A stretch of DNA of 62,970 bases, the filler included. It is 4 parts of 4 records of this genome, joined end to end, with 100 filler letters (N's around TTAATTAATTAA, not from the genome) between each part and the next. Parts side by side here need not be neighbours in the genome. Positions count along the whole stretch, not along the records: positions 18,105 to 35,351 come from DRR723986_1317; positions 35,452 to 52,903 come from DRR723986_1319; 2 more parts are not named here. One strand, 5' to 3'. Positions 32,768 to 42,269 of the stretch are shown here, one piece after another (position 1 is the first letter of the stretch; each line of letters starts with the position of its first letter). The position numbers and the translations under genes are program-made. The notes beneath the pieces were generated by a model that worked only from the letters and a program-made list of their open reading frames with translations, made no database searches and was not told the origin of the DNA.

Positions 32768-33526
32768 TTACACCACCTGCTTGCGGCGCAATTGCAACAA
32801 ACCCGACCCAAGCCCCCGCACGGCGGCTGTCGTGCGGTCGTTGACGCCCAGTTTGTCAAACATCCGGCGGGTCATCGTGTCCACCGTGTGCCGCGAGATG
32901 CCCAGGATCTCGGCGATCACCGAATTGCTTTTGCCCCGCGCAATCCAACGCAGCACTTCCAATTCTCGCGGGGACAAATCCACCTTGGCGCGATCTTGTT
33001 CGCCCGAGATGGCGCAATAGCGCAGGTGAGCCATCTGAGCCGCACATTGCAGTTCAAAAATTGCCTCTGCGGTCAATCTTGGTGTGCCTGCGCCAAATCC
33101 CAGACACACCAGCGCATTGCGAGCGTTCGGTCCATAGACCTGCATCGCCAGCCCATCACCAAGATCCGACGCAGCACGCAGCGCCATATAGCGTTGTTGC
33201 CCATCGCTCAGATTGGCCAGATCATTGATATCCGACCAATAGAAAGGCCGCCCGATTTTGGCCGCCAGTTCGGGCATTGGATCAAGATAGCTCAGCTTGC
33301 CCTCGATATACTGGCAGACCCATTCTTCTGGGTAGCCACTTTGCAGAATGCCCGAATTGCCAACCATGCCGATCTCGCCATTCTCGACTTCGGTGTCGGA
33401 ATGATAACTGACCATCGCGATCCCCCGGCTTTCGAAAAAGCGTACGGAAAGACGCCACAAATCAGCCAGGTGATTTGTGGCCTCACAGTCTGTCACGAAG
33501 TCTTTCAGCGGCGGAACGTCCGTCAT
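32768..33526 (-). CDS. LuxR-family regulator with autoinducer-binding domain (LuxR solo)
   Basis: YPEEW..QY......DP......PFYW conserved AHL-pocket residues and C-terminal LSPRELEVLRWIARGKS HTH. Confidence 0.9.
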   Translation of the reverse strand: MTDVPPLKDFVTDCEATNHLADLWRLSVRFFESRGIAMVSYHSDTEVENGEIGMVGNSGILQSGYPEEWVCQYIEGKLSYLDPMPELAAKIGRPFYWSDINDLANLSDGQQRYMALRAASDLGDGLAMQVYGPNARNALVCLGFGAGTPRLTAEAIFELQCAAQMAHLRYCAISGEQDRAKVDLSPRELEVLRWIARGKSNSVIAEILGISRHTVDTMTRRMFDKLGVNDRTTAAVRGLGSGLLQLRRKQVV

Positions 33527-33713
33527 GGTCTCCTCCGTTCGGCCCTTAAACTAGCACAAATTCAGAAATTGTCAGCCTGAGGGATGCAAAAGGGGATTCG
33601 CTCAGGCAGCGCCTGATACCGCTCCACTTCCGAAAAAGGCCACCACAAGAATGCGTGAACACAGAGATTTCCGGCAAAAACCCGCGCAGCACTCAAAGTG
33701 ACGTGACGTCCAT

Positions 33714-33730
33714 CTTACGTCAACGTCAAG
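33714..33730. promoter_or_regulatory. LiuR-type operator
   Basis: CTTACGTCAACGTCAAG resembles the palindromic TTACGT-NN-ACGTAA LiuR box. It lies upstream of a MerR and acyl-CoA dehydrogenase unit. Confidence 0.65.
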
Positions 33731-33802
33731 CAGTATTGTAAGAACGACCTCGAACGCCCAGATCCGCATCAGAACGTAGCTTTTCTCATGAAGGAAACGA
33801 CT

Positions 33803-34204
33803 ATGAATACTGAAACACTCACGATCCGTCAGATGTGCGATGCATTCGACGTGACCCCGCGCACATTGCGCTTTTACGAAGCCAAAGAACTGCTTTTTCC
33901 GATCCGTGAGGGTCAGAAACGCCTGTTCACCAAACGCGACCGCGCCCGGCTCAAACTGATCCTGCGCGGCAAACGCTTTGGCTTTAGCCTTGAGGAAATC
34001 CGCCAGCTGCTCGACCTTTATCATATGGGCGACCAGCAGCAGACCCAGATCGCCCGCACCTATGAGATTGCCCGCGATCGTCTGGCAGACATGATCTCGC
34101 AACGTGATGAGCTGAACGAGGCCATCGACGACCTCAAGGATCAGATCAAATGGGGCGAAAAGATCGTCGCCTCCATGAATCAAAATCGCAAGGCGGCGGA
34201 GTAA
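33803..34204 (+). CDS. liuR: MerR-family regulator, LiuR-like
   Basis: FDVTPRTLRFYE and RDRARLKLILRGKRFGFSLEEI, with an upstream LiuR box and a downstream acyl-CoA dehydrogenase. Start at 33803 or 33788. Confidence 0.75.
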   Translation: MNTETLTIRQMCDAFDVTPRTLRFYEAKELLFPIREGQKRLFTKRDRARLKLILRGKRFGFSLEEIRQLLDLYHMGDQQQTQIARTYEIARDRLADMISQRDELNEAIDDLKDQIKWGEKIVASMNQNRKAAE

Positions 34205-34258
34205 TCCGCCCCTGCCTCAATAATATCAGCTGACCAATCGAGCTTTAGGGAGACACTC

Positions 34259-35351
34259 ATGCCCAGCTACACCGCCCCGACAAAAGACCTGCAATTTGTC
34301 CTGCACGACGTTCTGAACGTCACCGGCTCCGCGATCCCCGGCTATGATGAGCTGGAGGCCGATTTCACCTCTGCCATCCTCGAAGAGGCGGGCAAACTCA
34401 CCTCCGAAGTCCTCGCGCCGCTGAACGTGGTGGGCGACAAAGAAGGCTGTCGTCTGGAAAACGGCGTTGTTTATACGCCCAAGGGTTTCAAAGAAGCCTT
34501 TGAACAGGTCAAAGAGGGCGGCTGGCCCGGTCTGGACATGCCCGAACAATACGGCGGGCAGAACATGCCTTACGTTGTAGGCACCGCCGTGGGCGAGATG
34601 TTCTCGGCCTCCAATCAGGCCTTCACCATGTATCAGGGTCTGACCCACGGTGCGGCCTCTGCCATTCTGGCCCACGGCACGGATCAGCAGAAAGACACCT
34701 ATCTGCCCAACATGGTCTCCTGCGAATGGACCGGCACCATGAACCTGACGGAGCCGCATTGCGGCACCGATCTGGGCATGATGCGCACCAAAGCCGCGCC
34801 GCAGGCGGACGGATCTTACAAGATCACGGGTCAAAAGATTTTCATCTCGTCCGGCGAGCATGACATGGCCGACAACATCATCCATCTGGTATTGGCCAAG
34901 ATCGAAGGTGGCCCAGAAGGCATCAAAGGTGTATCCCTCTTCATCGTGCCCAAGTTCATGGTCAACGAAGACGGCTCTCTGGGTGAACGCAACGGCGTTG
35001 CGGTTGGCTCCATCGAGGAAAAGATGGGCATCCACGGCAATTCGACCTGCGTGATGAACTATGACGGCGCCACAGGTTACCTGCTGGGCGACGAACACAA
35101 AGGTATGCGCGCCATGTTCACCATGATGAACGAAGCGCGTCTGGGCGTTGGCATGCAAGGCCTCGCCGCCGCTGAAGTGGCCTACCAGAACGCCGCCGAA
35201 TACGCCCGGGACCGCCTGCAGGGCCGTGCCGTGACCGGCGCAGAACACCCGGACAAACCGGCCGATCCACTGATCGTGCACCCGGACATCCGCCGGTCGC
35301 TGATGGACCAGAAAAGCTTTGCCGAGGGCGCACGCGCCTTCATCCTGTGGG
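34259..35351 (+). CDS. Acyl-CoA dehydrogenase (long FadE5/DmdC-like type), truncated by contig end
   Basis: [40 protein letters not shown] and MMNEARL. Confidence 0.9.
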
Positions 35352-35451
35352 NNNNNNNNNNNNNNNNNNNNNNNNNNNNNNNNNNNNNNNNNNNNTTAAT
35401 TAATTAANNNNNNNNNNNNNNNNNNNNNNNNNNNNNNNNNNNNNNNNNNNN
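35352..35451. other. Artificial contig spacer
   Basis: 44 N + TTAATTAATTAA + 44 N. Confidence 0.99.
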
Positions 35452-35454
35452 CCG

Positions 35455-35510
35455 TTCGGATCATTGTAGTGCATCTAAGACTCGAAGTGCAAGCGAAGAA
35501 TCGAGGAGGT
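35455..35510 (-). promoter_or_regulatory. Copy 1 of a 56-bp duplicated sigma70-like promoter
   Basis: Minus strand TTGCAC (35492-35487), 18-nt spacer, TACAAT (35468-35463). Identical to copy 2 at 47 of 56 positions. Confidence 0.6.
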
Positions 35511-35736
35511 GCAGGGCAATTCCTTGTTCGAATCTGCGCTAAATAGTTTAGGGCGGTCCAGATCGTAAGAACACAGCATCCAAAATACAGCATGCTTCAG
35601 CGCCGGAGCTTATATAGTGAACAAGATGCGACAGAACGGTTGAGATGCCGCACTCGGCGCGTTTGATTCTTTAACAAAACGGAACGGACCGACCACATAG
35701 GAGCACCGCATTGTTCTCCAGTTTTCAAAGTGGCTA

Positions 35737-35792
35737 TTCGGATCATTGTAGTGAATCCAAGACACGAAATGCAAGCAGCGAATCGTCGAGGT
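35737..35792 (-). promoter_or_regulatory. Copy 2 of a 56-bp duplicated sigma70-like promoter
   Basis: Minus strand TTGCAT (35774-35769), 18-nt spacer, TACAAT (35750-35745), followed by CACTTTGAAAACTGGAGAACAATG. Confidence 0.6.
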
Positions 35793-36184
35793 ACGGTTTA
35801 GATCGAAGTGTCAATATGAGCGTACGAGTAGGCCGGCTGTCCCAGCCAGTACCAAACAGCCCGCGGCTCGGAGAGCGGTGCTACTCTGTGCAAGTTGAAA
35901 TTCGAATTAGCCCGCTGCAGATGCCGCGGACGGCGAATGAGCGCGGAAACAACGACAATGCGATGCCGAGTGTGGCTGGTCAACGCAGGAAGAAGCTTGC
36001 TTCGCTCTGGTCAAGAGCTGGTTGGAAGTGTCGGTTGAGGATGCAGGCTGGCAGCCCGCACTACGGTTTGGCAAGTGGTCCGCATTTGTCTGCCAGCACG
36101 TTTGTGCGAGCTACAATTGTCCATTGGGTACGTTTCGACAGCTTATGCGTCGGCGTACGGTTGGGATTGTGATGGCTTTTCCAG

Positions 36185-37747
36185 TTGCAACGCGTGAAAA
36201 GAGCGGACGACAGCACCGAATTGAACTCAGTTGAGTTACCACCGAGTCTGCCGGGAGAATCCGCCGAGGCTCGCCGTGGTGCCGTTGCGCGCGTACTGGC
36301 AGCCCGAAGCACGCCAGCATTCTTGGTCAGCTTGATCGCTCATACCGCAATCTTGATCCTGCTCGCCATCTGGGTCTTCCAAGTCAACTCCACGGGCACT
36401 GATTCTCGTGGTTACGATCTCGTTGCGACGCAAACTCAACGCACAGCACCGGACCAGTTGGTGATCGACAATGGTCAAAGCGATGCTTCTCTATCCGTTG
36501 AAGCAGCAGACACTCAAGTCGTCAGCCCGTCGAGTGTCGTCTCGACCAACGCAGCGCAAACGTTGACGAGTCTGACGGTGTCCGGAGAATCGGCTGGCAC
36601 GGCGCAATCTAATGCCAGCGAAGCATCGGCGCTTGAGAACTTGCTCTCGATCAGCTCTTCGAACGCTATCGGCGCGTTTGTATCAAGCGGAGTTGATGGT
36701 CGAAAACTCGATCAGCGAGAACGCATCGCGCGATCATTGGGGGGGAACAAGCGGAGCGAACAAGCCGTCGAGAATGCGTTGAAATGGATTGCCCAGCATC
36801 AGAAGCCGAACGGTAGTTGGTCACTTGTACATAATACAGGAAAGTGCGATGGGCGATGCCGCAACCCAGGTTCAAAAGAGCGTTTCGATCCCGCAGCTAC
36901 GGGACTTGCCCTGCTGGCCTTCTTAGGAGCCGGCTACACTCACGTCGATGGGCCATACAAAGACAATGTCCAGAGAGGCATCTACTTCCTGTACCAGATC
37001 ATGGAAGAGTCCAAACTGGGCGGTAGTTTTTTGTATACTAGCGATCGCGGAATGTACAACCATGGCATCGCTGCATTCGCGTTGTGCGAAGCCTACCAAA
37101 TGACGCTCGACCCGGATCTAAAAGATGCTGCGCAGCTCTCGGTTGACTTTATTGTAAATGCACAGAGCTACAACGGGGGCTGGGGCTATCTTCCTGGTAC
37201 GCCTGGCGACCTCACCGTTAGTGGCTGGCAAGTGATGACGCTCAAGAGCGCGCATGCTGCTGGCCTGGACATCCCCGCTCAGATTCCGTTTCGAGTGGAT
37301 TTGTTCTTGGATACTCAACGCGTCAAGGATTCGCACCAGTTTACTTACCGGCGAAGAGACGAAGAAGCGCCTACTTGCACCGCAATTGGGAATCTGATCA
37401 GAATGTTCCGCGGGACGAGCACGACGGACCCGGTGATTTTGGAGGCGGCCCAGTACTTTCTGAAAAAGGGGCTCAGCCGCAACGACATCTATTACAACTA
37501 TTACGGATCGCTGTACCTTTTTCACATCGGCGGTCCAATGTGGGAACAATGGAATGCTCCAGTCCGCGATTACCTGATTCAAACGCAAGCCACCAGGGGC
37601 CATGAAGCAGGAAGCTGGTACTTTGATAATCCCTACGGCAAAGAGGGCGGGCGTCTCTACACAACGGCGATGGCCGCAATGACGCTCGAGGTCTACTACC
37701 GATTCTCCCCGCTGTACCAGCAAGTCAACAAACCGTTTGAACTCTAG
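36185..37747 (+). CDS. Membrane-anchored prenyltransferase/squalene-cyclase (QW) repeat protein, Planctomycete type
   Basis: N-terminal TM (FLVSLIAH), ALKWIAQHQKPNGSW, ATGLALLAFLGAG, QSYNGGWGY and GGRLYTTAMA..TLEVYYR. Start uncertain. Confidence 0.8.
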   Translation: MQRVKRADDSTELNSVELPPSLPGESAEARRGAVARVLAARSTPAFLVSLIAHTAILILLAIWVFQVNSTGTDSRGYDLVATQTQRTAPDQLVIDNGQSDASLSVEAADTQVVSPSSVVSTNAAQTLTSLTVSGESAGTAQSNASEASALENLLSISSSNAIGAFVSSGVDGRKLDQRERIARSLGGNKRSEQAVENALKWIAQHQKPNGSWSLVHNTGKCDGRCRNPGSKERFDPAATGLALLAFLGAGYTHVDGPYKDNVQRGIYFLYQIMEESKLGGSFLYTSDRGMYNHGIAAFALCEAYQMTLDPDLKDAAQLSVDFIVNAQSYNGGWGYLPGTPGDLTVSGWQVMTLKSAHAAGLDIPAQIPFRVDLFLDTQRVKDSHQFTYRRRDEEAPTCTAIGNLIRMFRGTSTTDPVILEAAQYFLKKGLSRNDIYYNYYGSLYLFHIGGPMWEQWNAPVRDYLIQTQATRGHEAGSWYFDNPYGKEGGRLYTTAMAAMTLEVYYRFSPLYQQVNKPFEL

Positions 37748-37792
37748 ACAACTGCAGGCTTGGTACTGCGGCGGAAGAATGTCTTCGAACCG

Positions 37793-38089
37793 CTAGCTCA
37801 CGAATTGTCCGAGGGTTCTGGCGATGACGCCGAGAGCAATTGCTCCAATTCCAAGCGCCAGTGAGATCGACGCGAGGCAAAGTGTCAGCGTTCGTCCCGG
37901 CCCTGCTTCAGGTAGCTTGGTTCCGTAAACCATCAGCAAGGAAAAAGTACCCAGTGCAATCGCGAGATAGCCGCTGTAGATGGCCGATGAAATGATGCCC
38001 AATATGGCACAACAACAAAGAATAATTGTTGCACCTGAAACGCGTGGCGTGGACGTCGCGTTTTCCATTGCGTCACCCTCTGATTGCAT
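37793..38089 (-). CDS. Small hypothetical membrane protein
   Basis: About 90 aa with three hydrophobic segments. A GAGGG RBS precedes the second Met. Confidence 0.55.
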   Translation of the reverse strand: MQSEGDAMENATSTPRVSGATIILCCCAILGIISSAIYSGYLAIALGTFSLLMVYGTKLPEAGPGRTLTLCLASISLALGIGAIALGVIARTLGQFVS

Positions 38090-38149
38090 TTGATGGCGTA
38101 TTTCTTTGTTCGCTAAATCCCCGCTTTCGAGGTGGCGAAGTCTCGAAGC

Positions 38150-38932
38150 CTATTTGGGAAAGCTTGGTGGGCGGCCATCGGCAAAGGCTTGAAGTCCCTC
38201 GTCGGCAGCCTCGGTAGTCAACGATGTCGCCGTTGCAGCCGCTCCGCTGGAAAGCGACGTTATGAGCGATTCGCCGACCATCTCGTTTAGCACCCGTTTG
38301 GACAATTGCAGCGACTCGTAGGCCGCTTCGGCAAGTTCGCCGATCCAGCTACTTGCCCGAACCCAAATTTGATCGATCGGCACGACGTGATGAACGACTC
38401 CATAATCCTTCATCGTCTGAGCTGTCAGCTCTTCACCGCCGATGGCAAGCCTGCTGGCCAAGGAAGCTCCAGCGCGAAAATTCGCAAGCGGAGCGACCAA
38501 ACCCGACACAATCCCCCACTTTCCGTCGCTGCTTGCAAACGATGCTCGATCGCTGCTAATGAGCAAGTCGGAAGCCAATGCAATGGCGAGTCCAAAACCG
38601 AGAGCTTTGCCATCAACACAGCAGACAATGGGTTTTGGATATTGCAACATATCGGTGATCAAACCGGAAAGCTGCTGAGCGTTTTTATGCCAGAGCTCAA
38701 TTGCGTTCGGCTGTGATTTGCATTGATTGAGTTCAGTCAGGTCTAGTCCGGCACAGAAATTGTTACCAGTTGCCGTGATGATCACCCCTCGAACCTTTTT
38801 TTCTTGTCGAAGGTCGTCGAGGGCTTGTCGCAGGTCGCCGATGGCCTGCATGTTCAGCGCGTTGGACTTCGGAGCGCGATCCAAGATAATCGTTCCGGCC
38901 GGGGCGTGAACCTTGACGTTGATCATCGTCAT
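38150..38932 (-). CDS. Enoyl-CoA hydratase/isomerase (crotonase) family protein
   Basis: NFCAGLDL, PKPIVCCVDGKALGFG and EGLQAF...RPPSF. Confidence 0.88.
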   Translation of the reverse strand: MTMINVKVHAPAGTIILDRAPKSNALNMQAIGDLRQALDDLRQEKKVRGVIITATGNNFCAGLDLTELNQCKSQPNAIELWHKNAQQLSGLITDMLQYPKPIVCCVDGKALGFGLAIALASDLLISSDRASFASSDGKWGIVSGLVAPLANFRAGASLASRLAIGGEELTAQTMKDYGVVHHVVPIDQIWVRASSWIGELAEAAYESLQLSKRVLNEMVGESLITSLSSGAAATATSLTTEAADEGLQAFADGRPPSFPK

Positions 38933-39100
38933 GCATTTACCTCGTCGTCATCAGGGTGAGGTTTTGAGCTGGATCGCACGTTTCAGCCAGCGTGTGAATT
39001 TTGGGAGAGTTGGTGGGTTTCACCAAAAGTCACCCACCCTACGAAAAGCCGGGGAATCGCGAAGCCGCTGGGGCGCGCGTCACGGGATCGCCGCGGCGGG

Positions 39101-41173
39101 TTAGCCGTCGAGGCCGCGAATGGCGACTTGAGCACAACTGACGATCTGGTCGTCGGTGATCTTGAAGTGCTCGAACAGTTCTTGGAATGGCGCCGAAGCA
39201 CCAAAGCTGCTCATGCCGACGAAGTGTCCATCATGGCCGATGTAGCGATCCCAACCTTGGCGAATTCCTGCTTCGCACGCAACGCGAACCTTGCATGCCG
39301 CTGGAAGCACCTCTTCCTGGTACTCGGGAAGCTGGTCTTCGAAGAGTTCGATGCAAGGCATGCTGACCACGCGAGCCTTGACGCCATCCGCGGTTAGAGT
39401 TTCGTAAGCCTTCATGCACAACTGCAGCTCTGTCCCCGTCCCGATCAGAATCACATCCGGGGTGCCTTCGCAGTCAGCCAAGACGTAGCCACCCTTCGCA
39501 GTGCCGCTTGCCGGAGCGTACTTTGTACGATCCATGGTCGGTACGTTTTGACGCGACAGGACCAACGCGGAAGGATTACGATCCAGTTTCATGATCGCCC
39601 GATACGACTCGGCGACTTCGTTAGCATCACCTGGGCGGAAGACGTACATTCCGGGGATAGCTCGGCAAGCAGCCAAGTGTTCAACCGGTTGGTGCGTTGG
39701 ACCGTCTTCTCCAAGTCCGATGGAATCATGCGTCAGCACATACAGAACAGGCTGGTGCATCAGGCTGCTTAGTCGCATTGACGGACGCATGTAATCAGTG
39801 AAAACAAAGAATGTTGCACCGTATGGGCGTAGGCCGGAAAGCGCCATGCCGTTGAGTGCGGCGGCCATTCCGTGTTCACGAATGCCGAAGTGCATGTTTC
39901 GGCCAGCGTAGTCGCCGTTGCCAAAGTGCCCTTCGTCGTTCAGGAGCGTCATGGTGCTCGGGGCCAAGTCGGCTGAGCCGCCGATTAGCCAAGGAAGCTT
40001 TGGAGCGAGCATGTTGAGAACTTTGCCGCTACTTACGCGTGTTGCCAGACCTTTCTCGTCGGCTGGGAATTCTTCGATTCCGGCGTCCCAATCACTAGGG
40101 AGCTCGCCAGCGAAGAGCGACTTCAGTTGTGCGGCCTTCTCAGGTTCGGAGGCTGCGTAGGATTCGAACAGCTCATTCCACTTCGCCGCTTCTTCTGAAC
40201 CGCGCTTGCCGACCGTATCGCCGAAGTACTCGGGAACTTCCGTTGGGACGCGGAACTTTTCATCTTCCGGCCAGCCGTACGCCGCCTTGGTGAGCTTGAT
40301 TTCGTCATCACCCAGCGGCGCGCCGTGAGCGCCGTGGGTGTTGGCTTTATTTGGGCTGCCGTAACCGATGACACTGCGAACGATAATGATTGTTGGCTTA
40401 TCATCGCAGGCTTTGAAACCGTCGATTGCCTTTTGCAACGCGTCCAAGTCGTTTGCATCGTCGACGCGGATTGCATTCCAGCCGAGGCCTTCGAAACGAG
40501 TTGCAACGTCTTCGCTGAAGGCCAGGTCGGTGTGGCCTTCGATGGTGATGTTGTTGTCGTCGTAGATCCAGCACAGATTGGATAGCTTCAGGTGACCTGC
40601 CAAGCTGGCCGCTTCGCAAGCGACACCTTCCATCACGTCGCCATCGCCACAAAGTGCATACGTGTCGAAGTCGAACAGCTCGCACTTATCTGTGTTGTAG
40701 TTCGAGGCCAACCAGCGAGATGCGATCGCCATACCGACGCTATTGCTGATTCCTTGACCAAGTGGTCCAGTAGTAGTTTCAATTCCGGCAGCTTCACCGA
40801 ATTCGGGGTGACCAGCGCAGGGACTGTGAAGCTGTCGGAAGTTCTTGATGTTGTCCAGTGTTATCGACTGGTCAGATTGTACATTCCCCTTGCTATCAAC
40901 GGCTTTCACTCCGGCAAGGTGCAGCACGGAGTAGAGCAGCATCGACGCGTGCCCGCAGCTCAGAACAAAACGGTCGCGATTGGGCCAAAGCGGCTGGGCT
41001 GGATCGAATCGCAGGTTCTCAGTCCAGACTTGGAAGGCGACAGGCGCCAGTGCCATTGGCGTTCCAGGGTGCCCACTCTTGGCAGCTTGAACGGCATCCA
41101 TGCTGAGCGTTCGGATGGTGTCGATTGCCAATTTCTTGATTGCTTCAGTTCCAGCCGTCGTGGTCGCGCTCAT
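39101..41173 (-). CDS. tkt: Transketolase
   Basis: SGHPGTPM, RDRFVLSCGH, TTGPLGQG, GDGD.MEG, GIREHGM and THDSIGLGEDGPTHQP. Start at 41173; the ORF is open to 41242. Confidence 0.96.
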   Translation of the reverse strand: MSATTTAGTEAIKKLAIDTIRTLSMDAVQAAKSGHPGTPMALAPVAFQVWTENLRFDPAQPLWPNRDRFVLSCGHASMLLYSVLHLAGVKAVDSKGNVQSDQSITLDNIKNFRQLHSPCAGHPEFGEAAGIETTTGPLGQGISNSVGMAIASRWLASNYNTDKCELFDFDTYALCGDGDVMEGVACEAASLAGHLKLSNLCWIYDDNNITIEGHTDLAFSEDVATRFEGLGWNAIRVDDANDLDALQKAIDGFKACDDKPTIIIVRSVIGYGSPNKANTHGAHGAPLGDDEIKLTKAAYGWPEDEKFRVPTEVPEYFGDTVGKRGSEEAAKWNELFESYAASEPEKAAQLKSLFAGELPSDWDAGIEEFPADEKGLATRVSSGKVLNMLAPKLPWLIGGSADLAPSTMTLLNDEGHFGNGDYAGRNMHFGIREHGMAAALNGMALSGLRPYGATFFVFTDYMRPSMRLSSLMHQPVLYVLTHDSIGLGEDGPTHQPVEHLAACRAIPGMYVFRPGDANEVAESYRAIMKLDRNPSALVLSRQNVPTMDRTKYAPASGTAKGGYVLADCEGTPDVILIGTGTELQLCMKAYETLTADGVKARVVSMPCIELFEDQLPEYQEEVLPAACKVRVACEAGIRQGWDRYIGHDGHFVGMSSFGASAPFQELFEHFKITDDQIVSCAQVAIRGLDG

Positions 41174-41896
41174 CTTTCTTTCGTTTCCTTCCAGATAACT
41201 CGTGGTTGAGTAGATTCGAGCCAGCTTGTTCGCTGTAGCCATATCAGTCGGCCCAGCGGCATCGCGGTCGTCTCACATTTACTGAGCTTCGAAGCGGCGA
41301 AAGTCTAGTGCCTCAGTGGCTGTTGGCCGCCCAGCTCGTGTCTTTTTCCTTTGTTTCAGGCTTGCGGAGCATACCCGCAATCGCGGGTTTTCGCAATTCC
41401 CAGCCGCCCGCCACATGGGCTATCCGGCGCTGGAAAGCGGCATCGGTTTCGGTCAGGTGAGTTAGGCGGCGTGCGGGGAATCGTAGCGGACCTGGCACAC
41501 ATCGATTGCGCGTCGATTGCGCGAAGAACGGAGACAGCTAAAACCAAGTTGAGCGGCCCAGACGAGCGAACTGCGTTGAGGAAACCTGTCAGTACAGTGG
41601 GATAGGGAAGGTTAATGAGCATTTACCAAATCTTCAGCGGGCCGCGTGCGCAGACGGATCAGCTTCACTGTTCGGCAGTACCCAACCGCGCGTTTGCGGC
41701 TGACGTGGCAATGAAGTTGCCTTTGACTCTAGCCGACGGATCAAAATACGGTTACGATTTGTCGCTTCGACGGCCAGCGCGTGTGCGCATCACCCTGCTC
41801 ACTGCCGCATTGCTAAGGCCAGGCGACAGCAATGGGCAGCGTGGCTAAGTGACAGTAGATTAAGAAGTTACGAAATTACTTTGGAGTTCCAACGCA

Positions 41897-42148
41897 ATGG
41901 GTCCTGCGGAGATTCGCGACGAGATTATCGATATCCTTTCGGAAATTGCTCCTGATGAAGACTTGAGCGATCTGAAAGATGAACAATCGTTCCGCGAGCA
42001 AATGGAACTCGACTCGATGGATTTTCTGGACATCGTCATGGAGCTGCGGAAGCGCCATCGAGTTCAGATTCCCGAGGAGGAGTACGGCGAGCTAGCCAGC
42101 ATGGCGAGCACCGTTAAGTATCTTGAGCCGAAGATGGCCGACATCTAG
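41897..42148 (+). CDS. Acyl carrier protein (non-canonical, LDSMDFLDIV type)
   Basis: 83-aa acidic protein with the phosphopantetheine Ser in ELDSMDFLDIVMEL and a GGAG RBS. Confidence 0.9.
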   Translation: MGPAEIRDEIIDILSEIAPDEDLSDLKDEQSFREQMELDSMDFLDIVMELRKRHRVQIPEEEYGELASMASTVKYLEPKMADI

Positions 42149-42269
42149 AAGCGTCGTGTCTCGCGGTTGCAGTCTAGCCCAACGGCTGCTGCCCGCAGGC
42201 TTGCTTGACCGGGCGAATATAGTCGCTTCGTGGTCTGGAAACTGAACTTCTTATCGATGGTGAGCTGAA

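Noticed and set aside
35666-35677. TTCTTTAACAA boxA-like sequence on the plus strand
   Set aside because: Wrong orientation relative to the minus-strand promoters, and no plus-strand stable RNA follows.
35396-36320. ORFs 35396-35593, 35711-36172, 36022-36234 and overlapping short ORFs
   Set aside because: No recognisable domains, atypical composition, and one runs into the N spacer. The region is better explained as regulatory.
41243-41896. 650-bp tkt-ACP divergent spacer as an ncRNA or small-gene locus
   Set aside because: The short ORFs lack an RBS or motifs and I saw no convincing stem or known RNA signature. Treated as a divergent promoter region.
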